Part shown: piece after piece, positions 10,350-21,010 of the stretch | Position numbering within the stretch: position 1 is the first letter of the stretch | Layout: the number at the start of each line of letters is the position of its first letter | NCBI GenBank assembly: GCA_913061125.1 | Contig: CAJXUB010000007.1 | Span: forward strand, 37-64,036 | DNA length: 64,000 nucleotides | Reading direction: 5' to 3' | Source: an uncultured Flavobacteriaceae bacterium | Lineage (GTDB): Bacteria; Bacteroidota; Bacteroidia; Flavobacteriales; Flavobacteriaceae | The notes under the pieces: model-generated | Told to the model about the DNA's origin: nothing | Seen by the model: only the letters and a program-made list of their open reading frames with translations | Database searches by the model: none | Translations under genes and position numbers: made by a program

Positions 10350-11450
10350 ATGGATTTAACCGAACTACACTATGCCATGGCGCTTCAGGCAGTCCCGAAG
10401 ATTGGCGATATTACTGCTAAAAAACTCATCCGACATTGCGGCAGTCCTGAGGCCGTTTTTAAATCGTCCAAAGCTTCACTTTTAGCCATAGGTGGAATTG
10501 GTACGGTCGTAGTCAAAGCCATACAATCTTCAAAAGCTTTGAAACTGGCCGAAAACGAAATTGATTTTATTCAAAGAAATAACATTCGAGCGCATTATTT
10601 TCAGCAAGACTCCTATCCATTTCGTTTGAAGCATTGTGTGGATGGACCAATAGTGTTGTTTCAAAAGGGGAATATTCAATGGAGCGATTCACCTGTGGTT
10701 AGTATTGTGGGAACCCGTCAATTGACTTCGTATGGAAAAACCCAGTGCAAACAACTTGTGGAGTCGCTGGCTGTATTTAATCCTATTGTGGTGTCAGGGT
10801 TCGCCTACGGCGCCGACATTGCTGCTCACAAAGCAGCTTTAGATGCTGGATTGCAAACGGTGGGATGCATGGCTCATGGGCTTCAAAAAACCTATCCTTA
10901 TGCTCATAAACAATACCGCCCTGCGGTCGAGGCTCAGGGGGGATTTGTTACGGATTACTGGAGTACAGCCAAATTTGATCCGTCTAATTTTTTGCGTCGC
11001 AACCGTTTAATTGCAGGATTGAGTCAGGCCACCATAGTGATTGAATCTGGGGCAAAAGGTGGAAGCTTGGTGACAGCCCGTTTGGCTTTTGAATACAATA
11101 GAGAAGTGTTTGCCATCCCAGGGCGTGCATCCGATTCTCAGAGCGTGGGGTGCAACACCCTCATTAAAACCAATCAAGCGCACTTGTTATCCACCCCAGC
11201 TGATGTACCATATATTTTGAATTGGGATCTAGAAATAAACACTCCTGTGATACAAAAACAATTGACCCTGAATCTTGAGCCAGAGGAACAATTACTTTAT
11301 GATTTTTTAAAAAAAGAAGGTCAAACTCTCCTAGATCTTATAGCTTTAAATTGTGATATGCCCACTTCAAAAGCGGCTGCTCTGTTGCTAAATTTAGAGT
11401 TGAAAGGCGTAGTTCGACCGCTTCCAGGGAAGCGATTTGAACTGTCTTAA
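10350..11450 (+). CDS. dprA: DNA-processing protein DprA
   Basis: Motifs VSIVGTR, VVSGFAYGADIAAHKAAL and GGSLVTARLAFEYNREVFAIPG. The start is moved to MDLTELHYAMAL, because the 10260 start would run through the divergent promoter region. Confidence 0.88.
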   Translation: MDLTELHYAMALQAVPKIGDITAKKLIRHCGSPEAVFKSSKASLLAIGGIGTVVVKAIQSSKALKLAENEIDFIQRNNIRAHYFQQDSYPFRLKHCVDGPIVLFQKGNIQWSDSPVVSIVGTRQLTSYGKTQCKQLVESLAVFNPIVVSGFAYGADIAAHKAALDAGLQTVGCMAHGLQKTYPYAHKQYRPAVEAQGGFVTDYWSTAKFDPSNFLRRNRLIAGLSQATIVIESGAKGGSLVTARLAFEYNREVFAIPGRASDSQSVGCNTLIKTNQAHLLSTPADVPYILNWDLEINTPVIQKQLTLNLEPEEQLLYDFLKKEGQTLLDLIALNCDMPTSKAAALLLNLELKGVVRPLPGKRFELS

Positions 11451-12415
11451 TAGCCTAATTTTGTTCTTACACGTTTCAAAACGGTATTGGCCACTGTACT
11501 GGCTTTTTGGGCTCCAACGGCCAATGCTTTTTCAATGTCTTCGGGGTGGGACATGTAGTGATTGTAGCGTTCACGTTCAACAGAAAATGTATGACAAATA
11601 AGTTCAAACAAAGCTTGTTTCGCATGGCCATATCCATAGTGGCCTGCCTCGTAGTTTTGTTTCATAGTTTGAGTGTCCTTATCTGATGCCAAAAGGGCAT
11701 AAATCGCAAAGCAATTGCAAGAGGACCAGTCTTTGGGTTCTTCTAAAGGGGTGCTGTCAGTTTTAATACCCATAATTTGTTTTCGCAAGGCCTTGTCAGA
11801 TTGAAAAATATCAATGACGTTGTTCTTACTTTTGCTCATTTTTTGGCCATCAGTACCAGGGATAAGTTTGGTTTGTTCTTGTATTTTTGCTTCAGGCAAA
11901 ATAAAAGTTTCTCCCATCTTGGCATGAAATCTGGCAGCGACATCGCGTGTCATTTCAATGTGTTGCAATTGGTCTTTACCCACAGGGATGATAGTTGCAT
12001 CGTACAACAAAATGTCTGCTGCCATTAGCATGGGGTATGTAAACAATCCGCCATTCACGTCTTCCAACCGGCTTGCTTTGTCTTTAAAACTGTGTGCCAG
12101 TTCTAATCTAGAAAAGGGGAAAAAGCAATTCAAATACCAAGCTAACTCTGTAGTTTGAGGCACATCGCTTTGTCTGTAAAATACGGTTTTTTCTATGTTC
12201 AACCCAAAAGCCAACCAAGCCGCTGCTGTTGATAAGGTGTTTTGGCGTAAGGTTTCAGCGTCTTTAATTTGGGTGAGCGAATGTAAATCAGCGATAAATA
12301 AAAAAGCGTCGTTTTTGCTGTCATTGCTCATTTGAATGGCCGGTAGGATTGCACCTAAAATGTTTCCTAAATGTGGTGTACCCGTACTCTGAACCCCCGT
12401 TAAAATTCTGGCCAT
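11447..12415 (-). CDS. trpS: Tryptophan--tRNA ligase
   Basis: RILTGVQSTGTPHLGN (HIGH-like) and KMSKS motifs; length is typical. Its stop overlaps the dprA stop by 4 nt. Confidence 0.95.
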   Translation of the reverse strand: MARILTGVQSTGTPHLGNILGAILPAIQMSNDSKNDAFLFIADLHSLTQIKDAETLRQNTLSTAAAWLAFGLNIEKTVFYRQSDVPQTTELAWYLNCFFPFSRLELAHSFKDKASRLEDVNGGLFTYPMLMAADILLYDATIIPVGKDQLQHIEMTRDVAARFHAKMGETFILPEAKIQEQTKLIPGTDGQKMSKSKNNVIDIFQSDKALRKQIMGIKTDSTPLEEPKDWSSCNCFAIYALLASDKDTQTMKQNYEAGHYGYGHAKQALFELICHTFSVERERYNHYMSHPEDIEKALAVGAQKASTVANTVLKRVRTKLGY

Positions 12416-12494
12416 TTACCTCGTGTTTTTTTAGTTTCAATACAAAGGTAATTTTTTTGATTTAATCCCTCAATATTTTTAGTAGTTTTGGGAC

Positions 12495-13235
12495 GTGATG
12501 AAATTGATATACTATCCGCTTTGGCTCATTTATAGAGTTTGGTTCTATGTGCTGGTTGGACTTTGCACATGTATTTTATCCCCTTTTTTAATAATTTCTA
12601 TCTTAAAAACATCTTGGTACCCCCATTTTTTTAAACTGGCCCGAATTTGGTCCAAATGGATTCTTATCGGGATGGGATTTTATTGGAAGATGTCTTGGGA
12701 GCAACCCCTTGAAAAGGACCAAAGCTATGTTTTTGTTGCCAATCACACCTCCATGACAGACATTATGCTCATGTTTGTAATGATCAAGAATCACCCTTTT
12801 GTTTTCGTTGGGAAAAGAGAACTGGCCAAAATCCCATTGTTTGGATTTTTTTATAAGCGGACCTCTATTTTAGTTGATCGAAGCGATATGAAAAGCCGCA
12901 AAAAAGTATTTTATGCAGCTCAAAAACGCATTCAACAAGGGCTAAGCATTTGTATTTTTCCAGAAGGTGGGGTCCCCAATGAATCAGTAGATTTGGATCG
13001 ATTTAAAATAGGGGCGTTTAAATTATCCGTAGAGCACGGATTACCCCTGGTTCCCATGACATTTTTTGATAATAAAAAACGATTTTCATATACTTTTTTC
13101 AGTGGAGGCCCCGGTCAAATGCGCGCCAAAGTGCACACTTTTATTGATCCAAAAGATTATACTTTGGAAAATTTAAAACAAATGAGTGATGCGACTTACG
13201 ACTGTATTCTAACAGCGCTAAACCAAGACGCCTAA
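12495..13235 (+). CDS. plsC: 1-acyl-sn-glycerol-3-phosphate acyltransferase family protein
   Basis: NHTSMTD (HX4D-class motif) and FPEGG motifs, with an N-terminal TM segment. GTG at 12495 or ATG at 12498. Confidence 0.8.
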   Translation: MMKLIYYPLWLIYRVWFYVLVGLCTCILSPFLIISILKTSWYPHFFKLARIWSKWILIGMGFYWKMSWEQPLEKDQSYVFVANHTSMTDIMLMFVMIKNHPFVFVGKRELAKIPLFGFFYKRTSILVDRSDMKSRKKVFYAAQKRIQQGLSICIFPEGGVPNESVDLDRFKIGAFKLSVEHGLPLVPMTFFDNKKRFSYTFFSGGPGQMRAKVHTFIDPKDYTLENLKQMSDATYDCILTALNQDA

Positions 13236-14240
13236 TTAAGCTTCGCCCTTAATGGCAGATTTAATTTTGACTTCTAACTCATCCATTAAATCCGGGTTGT
13301 CCTTAATCATTTGTTTCACGGCATCTCGGCCTTGGCCAAGTTTCGTTTCATCATAACTAAACCACGATCCACTTTTTTGAATAATATCAAACTCTACGGC
13401 AATGTCTAGAATTTCGCCAACTTTCGAAACGCCCTCGCCGTACATGATGTCAAACTCAGCCAATTTGAAAGGGGGTGCCACCTTATTTTTAACGACTTTA
13501 ACGCGGGTTTTATTCCCTTTGACGGTTCCATTACTGTCTTTGATTTGTGTGGATCGTCTGATGTCTAACCGAACAGAGGCGTAAAATTTCAGGGCGTTTC
13601 CTCCGGTGGTCGTTTCTGGATTTCCAAACATAACCCCAATTTTTTCCCGCAATTGATTGATAAAGATCATGGTGCAATTTGTTTTACTGATTGAGCCGGT
13701 TAGTTTCCTTAGGGCTTGGGACATAAGCCGTGCATGGAGGCCCATTTTAGAATCGCCCATTTCGCCTTCAATTTCACTTTTTGGTGTTAGTGCAGCGACG
13801 GAGTCAATGACAATCATGTCTATAGCACCAGAACGAACTAGGTTGTCTGCAATTTCAAGCGCTTGTTCGCCATTGTCGGGTTGAGAAATTATGAGGTTAT
13901 CAATATCCACTCCTAAATTTTGAGCATAAAACCGATCAAAAGCATGTTCAGCATCAATGAAGGCCGCAATTCCCCCTGCCTTTTGAGTTTCGGCAATGGC
14001 ATGAAGTGTTAGGGTGGTTTTTCCAGACGATTCAGGACCATAAATCTCTATCACTCGACCTTTAGGATACCCTCCAACACCAAGCGCAACGTCAAGACCT
14101 AATGAACCCGAGGAGATAACGTCCACGTCAATAATTGGCGCATCACTCATCTTCATAACGGTCCCTTTTCCGTAGGCCTTATCAAGTTTATCTAATGTTA
14201 GTTTTAGGGCTTTTAATTTGGCTTCTTTTTCACTGCTCAT
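13236..14240 (-). CDS. recA: Recombinase RecA
   Basis: Motifs [26 protein letters not shown] and [10 protein letters not shown]. Confidence 0.97.
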   Translation of the reverse strand: MSSEKEAKLKALKLTLDKLDKAYGKGTVMKMSDAPIIDVDVISSGSLGLDVALGVGGYPKGRVIEIYGPESSGKTTLTLHAIAETQKAGGIAAFIDAEHAFDRFYAQNLGVDIDNLIISQPDNGEQALEIADNLVRSGAIDMIVIDSVAALTPKSEIEGEMGDSKMGLHARLMSQALRKLTGSISKTNCTMIFINQLREKIGVMFGNPETTTGGNALKFYASVRLDIRRSTQIKDSNGTVKGNKTRVKVVKNKVAPPFKLAEFDIMYGEGVSKVGEILDIAVEFDIIQKSGSWFSYDETKLGQGRDAVKQMIKDNPDLMDELEVKIKSAIKGEA

Positions 14241-14361
14241 CGTCTGTTTGTTTTGGATTGCTTATCTCTTGCTAAAATACTATTTCTTTACATAAAAGTT
14301 ATATACTTCAAGGGCTTTTTAAAAAAATTTAACCTTCAACACGCTTCATTTTAAAAAAGAC

Positions 14362-14369
14362 TACATTTG
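14362..14369 (+). promoter_or_regulatory. Candidate Bacteroidota -7 box TACATTTG upstream of trhO
   Basis: Matches TAnnTTTG, 36 nt upstream of the ATG at 14405. It is embedded in the palindrome ACTACA-TT-TGTAGT. No good -33 TTTG is seen. Confidence 0.35.
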
Positions 14370-14404
14370 TAGTTAGTTAATCATTAATCTTAAACGAGTA
14401 TAGC

Positions 14405-15490
14405 ATGCAACTGTACAACAACTTAAGCAATAATGAAAGAGCTGAGCTGATTCGTCAAGCAGGGAAGGACCGGCTGACCATCTCTTTCTACAAGTATGCC
14501 AAAATTGGCAACCCTGAAATTTTCAGAAATCATCTGTTTTTGTTTTGGAGCAGCATTGATGTGTTGGGTCGAATTTATGTGGCTCACGAAGGAATCAACG
14601 CCCAACTGTCGCTTCCTGCGGAGAATTTCGATCAATTTAAATCTCATTTGGACACCATTTCATTTCTCAAAAATGTTCGCCTCAATATTGCCATCGAACA
14701 CGACATGTTTTCCTTCTTAAAACTTAAAGTTAAAGTTCGCCGCAAAATTGTGGCCGATGGACTTAACGACGACACTTTTGATGTTACCGATATTGGGACC
14801 CATGTGGACGCTAAACAATTTAATGAACTTATTGAAGATAAAGACACCGTATTGGTAGATATGCGAAACCACTACGAAAGTGAAATAGGCCATTTTAAAA
14901 ATGCCGTAACCCCCGACGTGGACACCTTTAGAGACTCGTTGGATATTATTGAAAATCAACTCAAAGAACACAAAGAATCCAAAAAACTAGTCATGTATTG
15001 TACCGGTGGAATCCGTTGCGAAAAGGCCAGCGCGTACTACAAATACAAAGGATTTAAACAAGTTTATCAACTCGAGGGCGGGATTATAAACTATGCCAGA
15101 CAAGTTGATGCTCTTGGTTTGGAGAATAAATTTTTGGGGAAAAACTTCGTTTTCGACGACAGACGCGCCGAAAAAATATCCGACCACATTATTGCCCAAT
15201 GCCATCAGTGTGGTGCTCCTGCAGACGTTCATGTGAATTGTGCCAATGAGGCCTGTCATTTGCTGTTCATCCAGTGCGAGTCGTGCAAAAAAGAAATGGA
15301 GCAGTGCTGTTCTACCCAATGCATGGAAATAAACAGACTTCCAAAGGATGAACAAAAGACACTTCGTAAAGGGCAGGGCAACAGCAACGATATTTTTAAG
15401 AAAGGACGCGCCGATCATCTTCCATACAAGAAAGATTTAAGGAATATTTTTGACACCATAAAAAAACCATCAGCCTCAACTGTAAATTAA
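14405..15490 (+). CDS. trhO: Rhodanese-domain tRNA U34 hydroxylase TrhO (UPF0176/YceA family)
   Basis: RIYVAHEGINAQ, the rhodanese active-site loop CTGGIRCEKA and a Cys-rich C-terminal extension. Confidence 0.85.
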   Translation: MQLYNNLSNNERAELIRQAGKDRLTISFYKYAKIGNPEIFRNHLFLFWSSIDVLGRIYVAHEGINAQLSLPAENFDQFKSHLDTISFLKNVRLNIAIEHDMFSFLKLKVKVRRKIVADGLNDDTFDVTDIGTHVDAKQFNELIEDKDTVLVDMRNHYESEIGHFKNAVTPDVDTFRDSLDIIENQLKEHKESKKLVMYCTGGIRCEKASAYYKYKGFKQVYQLEGGIINYARQVDALGLENKFLGKNFVFDDRRAEKISDHIIAQCHQCGAPADVHVNCANEACHLLFIQCESCKKEMEQCCSTQCMEINRLPKDEQKTLRKGQGNSNDIFKKGRADHLPYKKDLRNIFDTIKKPSASTVN

Positions 15491-15600
15491 ATATCAACTG
15501 GTTTCAAATTTTTTAAGTGCCGAAATAAGTTTATATTTACTACAAAACTAAATTGTTCAGAAAGGGTTCAATTTCGATATTAAAACCAGTCGCTTAAACT

Positions 15601-16794
15601 ATGGGATGTACTAGTTGTTCTACATCAAAAAACGGCCAGCCAAGAGGTTGCAAAAACAACGGGACTTGCGGTACCGATTCCTGCAACAAACTGACGGTAT
15701 TTGACTGGCTTTCTAATATGGCCCTTCCTGGCGGTGAAAAGCCATTTGACTGGGTTGAGGTTAGATTCAAAAATGGTCGAAAACAGTACTATAAAAACAC
15801 AGGAAATTTACCACTGAGCATTGGCGACATTGTGGCAACAGAGGCCAACTCGGGCCACGATATTGGGATGGTTACTCTTACAGGAGAGCTTGTTCGTGTA
15901 CAAATGCGTCGAAAGACCATCTCGGAAAATCCGGAAGTGGTTCAGAAAATCTACCGCAAAGCCAATCAAAACGATATTGACGTCTGGACGGCATCTAGAG
16001 ACAAAGAAGAAACCATCAAAGTTAAAGCCCGTCAGTACGCCATAGACCTTCGGTTGCAAATGAAAATCTCTGATATAGAATTTCAAGGCGATGGCAGCAA
16101 AGCAACCTTTTATTACACGGCAGACTCTAGGGTAGATTTTAGAGAACTCATAAAATTATATGCTAGAGAATTCAGAATTCGAATTGAAATGAAGCAAGTA
16201 GGTTTGCGCCAAGAAGCCGCCCGACTTGGGGGTATTGGTTCGTGTGGGCGTGAGTTGTGTTGTTCCACATGGTTAACCGATTTGCGCTCCGTCAGCACTT
16301 CAGCTGCCCGTTACCAGCAACTATCATTAAACCCATTAAAATTAGCTGGCCAATGCGGGAAACTAAAATGTTGTTTGAATTTTGAATTGGATGCCTACCT
16401 TGAGGCACTGAAGTCATTCCCAAAAGCCACCACAAAATTAAAAACCAACAAGGGAACCGCGGTGTGCCAAAAAACAGATATTTTTAAGGGGCTAATGTGG
16501 TACGCCTACGAAGGAGATTGGATGAATTGGTTTACGCTAACCATCGAACAAGCCAAGGCCATAGTTTCTCTAAATAAAGAAGGGAAGTTAGCATCAAGTT
16601 TAGAAGATTATTCTTCCGATAGTGTGCCAGAATCCAACACGAAAAAATCCTTTGAAAATGTTGTTGGCCAAGACAGTCTTACGCGATTTGACAAGCCAAA
16701 GAAAAGACGCCGTAATCGTAAATCGAAACAACGAAATTCAAAACGCAACCAACCCAAAACGTTCCAAAAAAAATCGCCTCAAAACAATGTATAA
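15601..16794 (+). CDS. PSP1 domain protein (RicT/YaaT-like)
   Basis: The PSP1 core reads YYTADSRVDFRELIKLYAREFRIRIEMKQVG ... GSCGRELCCSTWL ... GKLKCCLNFE. The N-terminus is Cys-rich and the C-terminal tail is very basic. Confidence 0.85.
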   Translation: MGCTSCSTSKNGQPRGCKNNGTCGTDSCNKLTVFDWLSNMALPGGEKPFDWVEVRFKNGRKQYYKNTGNLPLSIGDIVATEANSGHDIGMVTLTGELVRVQMRRKTISENPEVVQKIYRKANQNDIDVWTASRDKEETIKVKARQYAIDLRLQMKISDIEFQGDGSKATFYYTADSRVDFRELIKLYAREFRIRIEMKQVGLRQEAARLGGIGSCGRELCCSTWLTDLRSVSTSAARYQQLSLNPLKLAGQCGKLKCCLNFELDAYLEALKSFPKATTKLKTNKGTAVCQKTDIFKGLMWYAYEGDWMNWFTLTIEQAKAIVSLNKEGKLASSLEDYSSDSVPESNTKKSFENVVGQDSLTRFDKPKKRRRNRKSKQRNSKRNQPKTFQKKSPQNNV

Positions 16795-17275
16795 ACAAGT
16801 TGCTTTATTGATTCTGTGGGGGATCTTACTCACTTCTTGCCATCAAAACACAACCTTTGATCGCTACACCGCGGTGCCCAATGGGTGGCCAAAAAAGCAA
16901 ACAATTCGGTATCAATTTAATATCACGGACACGATTCAAAACTTCGATTTATTTCTGAATATTAGAACCACAGAATCGTATCCATTTAGCAACCTGTTTT
17001 TAATTGTAAATATGCACTACCCCGATGGTCAAATACAAAAAGACACCCTCGAGTTTCTTATGGCTAATCCGGACGGGACAATGCTCGGCCACGGCTATAC
17101 CACCACCAAAGAGCACAAGCTGTGGTATCGAGGGCACAGAAAGCCCTTTATTTTTCCTCAAACGGGACCCTATGAAATTACAATCGCCCACGCTAACCGC
17201 GAATTGGGTCAGATTGATGGCGTAGAACTTTTGAATGGCGTAATTGATGTTGGATTTTCAATTGAATCGAAGTAA
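16787..17275 (+). CDS. gldH: Gliding motility lipoprotein GldH
   Basis: The start is moved to MYKQVALLILWGILLTSCHQ (lipobox). Size is about 162 aa. It sits in the conserved PSP1-gldH-PBP1A order, and its ATG overlaps the PSP1 stop by 8 nt. Confidence 0.8.
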   Translation: MYKQVALLILWGILLTSCHQNTTFDRYTAVPNGWPKKQTIRYQFNITDTIQNFDLFLNIRTTESYPFSNLFLIVNMHYPDGQIQKDTLEFLMANPDGTMLGHGYTTTKEHKLWYRGHRKPFIFPQTGPYEITIAHANRELGQIDGVELLNGVIDVGFSIESK

Positions 17276-17287
17276 AATTGAAATTTT

Positions 17288-19624
17288 ATGGCTAAAGTAA
17301 ACCAAAAAAAATCTAATTTCTCAAAGCCAAAACGTCTGTTTTGGATGATTTTCCTTGCTGGGATTGCCGCAATTCTTTTGGTATTTCTTTCTGCTTCCTA
17401 TGGTGCTTTTGGGCCTATGCCAGATCATACAGCACTAGAAAATCCGCGCACCAATTTGGCCACAGAAATCATGTCTTCAGATGGAGTAACTTTAGGAAAA
17501 TTTTATTTCGAAGACAACAGAACGCCTGTAAGCTACAACGAACTGCCAAAACATTTGGTCGATGCTTTGGTTGCAACTGAAGATATTCGGTATTATGACC
17601 ATGCAGGGATTGACGCTAGAGGAACATTACGTGCCTTATTTAAGCTCGGTAAAGGCGGCGGAGCAAGTACCATTTCCCAACAACTTGCCAAACAACTCTT
17701 CCATGGGGAGGGCTCCAGAAACACCCTAGGTCGAATAACCCAAAAAATTAAGGAATGGGTCATAGCTACCCGACTCGAAAAACAATATACTAAAGAAGAA
17801 ATTATTGCGCAATACTTCAATATTTACGACTTTGGCAACAATGCCGATGGCATCCGAAGTGCCGCTCGAATTTACTTTGGCAAAGAGCCGATGGACTTGA
17901 CCTTGAAAGAATCTGCCATGTTGGTTGGGATGTTTAAAAATTCCTCCCTTTACAATCCAAGACCCAAACGAAATCCGATTGGCACAAAAAACCGTCGAAA
18001 TGTCGTGCTATCTCAAATGGCTAAATACGGCTTCATATCTGAAACCGTAAAAGATTCTTTGCAACAAACACCATTAGACTTAAATTATACTCCAGAATCT
18101 CATCGGGAGGGAATAGCAACCTATTTTCGCGCTTATCTAAAAGAATTTTTAAAAGATTGGGTCAAACAAAAAGAGAATTACAAACCCAATGGCGAGCGGT
18201 ACAACATCTACAAAGACGGTTTAAAAGTCTATACAACCATAGATTCTCGCATGCAGACCATTGCTGAAACTGCTGTTTCTGACCACATGAAAGCGTTGCA
18301 AGCAGAGTTTTTTGTTCAAAATACCAAACGCAGAAATCCAACAACACCATTTTTAGAACTTGAACAGGAAGAAATAGAGAAGCTTTTAAACTTGGGGATG
18401 AAAAGATCCGAACGTTGGCGCAAGATGCGTTATGATTTGAAGAAACCTGTTGAAGAAATTGTAGCGTCTTTTAAGCAACCCACTCCCATGAAAATTTTCT
18501 CGTGGACCGCACCCAATAACGAAATTGACACCATCCTAACCCCTATGGATTCCATGCGGTACTACAAATCGTTTTTAAGGGCAGGGATGATGTCTATGGA
18601 GCCGCAAACAGGGTTTGTTAAATCATGGGTAGGCGGGTTTGATTACAAACACTTTCAGTATGATATGGTAAAGCAAGGCAAACGACAAGTTGGCTCTACA
18701 TTTAAGCCGTTTGTGTACGCCGCTGCGATAGATCAGCTGCATTTATCGCCTTGCGACACACTGCCAAAAGCACAAATTACAATACCAGCGTATAAATTTG
18801 GCAACGTAAAACCTTGGACCCCGAAAAATTCCAGTACAAATTATTCGGGATTTGAAACTTTGAAATCCGCACTTGCAAATTCCCGCAATACTATTACAGC
18901 CCGACTTATGAACGAGATTGGCCCACAGCCAGTGATTGACCTAGCCAAACGACTTGGCGTAGAACAAAACATTCCTGCTGTACCATCCATTGCTTTAGGA
19001 ACGCCAGACCTCAGTATTTACGAAATGGTTGCTGCTTATGGCGCCTTTGCAAACAAGGGGGTTTACACAAAGCCCGTTATGGTCACTCGAATTGAAGATA
19101 AAAACGGCACATTATTGTATCAATTTTCCCCAGAAACTAGAGATGTTATTAGCGAAGAAATTGCCTATGTTATTGTCAATCTTTTGGAAGGTGTTACGAA
19201 ATTTGGTTCAGGTCAGCGTTTACGCCATAGTGTCGCCAAAAATCAAACGGTATATAAGGAAATCGTGACAGGATATCCCTACGAATTTGACAACCCCATT
19301 GCGGGAAAAACAGGGACAACACAAAATCACAGTGACGGCTGGTTTATGGGAATGGTACCAAATTTAGTCACAGGCGTATGGGTTGGAGGTGAAGATCGGG
19401 CCACTCATTTCAAAACCATAACCTACGGGCAGGGTGCTTCCATGGCCCTCCCCATTTGGGCCAACTATATGAAAGGATGCTACGCTATTGAAGCTCTTGG
19501 AATTTCGAAGGACGAATTTGAGAAGCCAGAATCAATAAGCATATCAACAGAATGTGATACTGCCCTTGAAGATGATGGCGGCCTTCAAACTCAACAAACA
19601 ATTACACCAGATATTGACTTTTAA
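17288..19624 (+). CDS. mrcA: Penicillin-binding protein 1A (bifunctional glycosyltransferase/transpeptidase)
   Basis: GT51 motifs ([26 protein letters not shown]), transpeptidase motifs STFKP and KTGTT, and an N-terminal TM anchor. Confidence 0.92.
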   Translation: MAKVNQKKSNFSKPKRLFWMIFLAGIAAILLVFLSASYGAFGPMPDHTALENPRTNLATEIMSSDGVTLGKFYFEDNRTPVSYNELPKHLVDALVATEDIRYYDHAGIDARGTLRALFKLGKGGGASTISQQLAKQLFHGEGSRNTLGRITQKIKEWVIATRLEKQYTKEEIIAQYFNIYDFGNNADGIRSAARIYFGKEPMDLTLKESAMLVGMFKNSSLYNPRPKRNPIGTKNRRNVVLSQMAKYGFISETVKDSLQQTPLDLNYTPESHREGIATYFRAYLKEFLKDWVKQKENYKPNGERYNIYKDGLKVYTTIDSRMQTIAETAVSDHMKALQAEFFVQNTKRRNPTTPFLELEQEEIEKLLNLGMKRSERWRKMRYDLKKPVEEIVASFKQPTPMKIFSWTAPNNEIDTILTPMDSMRYYKSFLRAGMMSMEPQTGFVKSWVGGFDYKHFQYDMVKQGKRQVGSTFKPFVYAAAIDQLHLSPCDTLPKAQITIPAYKFGNVKPWTPKNSSTNYSGFETLKSALANSRNTITARLMNEIGPQPVIDLAKRLGVEQNIPAVPSIALGTPDLSIYEMVAAYGAFANKGVYTKPVMVTRIEDKNGTLLYQFSPETRDVISEEIAYVIVNLLEGVTKFGSGQRLRHSVAKNQTVYKEIVTGYPYEFDNPIAGKTGTTQNHSDGWFMGMVPNLVTGVWVGGEDRATHFKTITYGQGASMALPIWANYMKGCYAIEALGISKDEFEKPESISISTECDTALEDDGGLQTQQTITPDIDF

Positions 19625-19650
19625 TAAGATCAACATTTAAACTCTTTATC

Positions 19651-20352
19651 ATGATAACAAAAACTGTAAACAATGTTCAAGAGGCACTACAAGGGGTTGA
19701 AAATGGAATGACCTTTCTTTTGGGTGGATTTGGATTGTGTGGGATTCCAGAAAATGCCATTGCAGAGCTTGTAGCACTCAATGTATCGGATCTTACCTGT
19801 ATTTCAAACAATGCAGGAGTAGACGATTTTGGCTTGGGATTACTACTGCAAAAGCGTCAAATTAAGAAAATGATTTCATCCTACGTCGGCGAAAACGACG
19901 AGTTTGAACGCCAGATGCTTTCTGGAGAATTGGAAGTTGAACTAATTCCACAGGGAACTTTAGCCGAACGTTGCAGAGCAGCTCAAGCAGGATTTCCGGC
20001 CATATATACCCCAGCTGGCTTTGGAACGGAAGTTGCTCAAGGCAAAGAAACTCGCGAGTTTAACGGCAAAATGTATGTTCTTGAGCACGCCTTTAAAGCC
20101 GATTTTTCTTTCGTAAAAGCATGGAAAGGAGACACCGCTGGGAATTTAATTTTCAAAGGAACGGCCCGAAATTTTAATCCCAACATGTGTGGCGCAGCCA
20201 AAATAACCGTTGCTGAGGTTGAAGAACTCGTGCCGGCAGGCGAGTTGGACCCCAATCAAATTCATATTCCTGGAATTTTTGTTCAACGAATTTTTCAGGG
20301 AACCCACTACCAAAAACGAATAGAACAACGAACCCTAACCCCAAAATCGTAA
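19651..20352 (+). CDS. scoA: 3-oxoacid CoA-transferase subunit A
   Basis: [18 protein letters not shown] and [14 protein letters not shown] are typical of subunit A. Confidence 0.9.
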   Translation: MITKTVNNVQEALQGVENGMTFLLGGFGLCGIPENAIAELVALNVSDLTCISNNAGVDDFGLGLLLQKRQIKKMISSYVGENDEFERQMLSGELEVELIPQGTLAERCRAAQAGFPAIYTPAGFGTEVAQGKETREFNGKMYVLEHAFKADFSFVKAWKGDTAGNLIFKGTARNFNPNMCGAAKITVAEVEELVPAGELDPNQIHIPGIFVQRIFQGTHYQKRIEQRTLTPKS

Positions 20353-20356
20353 TATT

Positions 20357-21010
20357 ATGTTGGATAAAAATGGAATTGCAAAGCGAATCGCAAAGGAAGT
20401 CAAAGACGGGTATTATGTCAATCTAGGAATTGGAATCCCAACGTTGGTGGCCAATTTTGTACGGGATGATATCGAAGTCGAATTTCAAAGTGAAAACGGT
20501 ATTTTAGGAATGGGTCCATTCCCCTACGAAGGCGAGGAAGACGCCGATCTAATCAATGCCGGGAAGCAAACCATAACCGCCCTTGATGGGGCCAGTTATT
20601 TTGACTCCGCCATGAGTTTTTCTATGATTCGAGGCCAGCATGTCGATTTGACCATTTTAGGAGCCATGGAAGTGGCTCAAAATGGTGACATTGCCAATTG
20701 GAAAATTCCTGGTCGATTGGTTAAAGGTATGGGTGGTGCCATGGATTTGGTGGCTAGCGCCGAAAACATCATTGTTGCCATGATGCATACCAACAAACGC
20801 GGAGAGTCCAAATTGTTGGAGCGATGCAAACTGCCTTTAACAGGTGTTCGATGTGTCAAAAAAATTGTAACCAATCTTGCAGTTCTTGAAATCACAAGTG
20901 AAGGATTTAAGCTGTTGGAGCGCGCTCCAGGGGTTAGTATAGAGGAGATCAAAGCGGCGACAGAAGGCACCCTAGTTGTGCAAGGCGATATTCCAGAAAT
21001 GATTTTATAA
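20357..21010 (+). CDS. scoB: 3-oxoacid CoA-transferase subunit B
   Basis: NLGIGIPTLVANF, SENGILG and GMGGAMDLV are typical of subunit B. Confidence 0.9.
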   Translation: MLDKNGIAKRIAKEVKDGYYVNLGIGIPTLVANFVRDDIEVEFQSENGILGMGPFPYEGEEDADLINAGKQTITALDGASYFDSAMSFSMIRGQHVDLTILGAMEVAQNGDIANWKIPGRLVKGMGGAMDLVASAENIIVAMMHTNKRGESKLLERCKLPLTGVRCVKKIVTNLAVLEITSEGFKLLERAPGVSIEEIKAATEGTLVVQGDIPEMIL

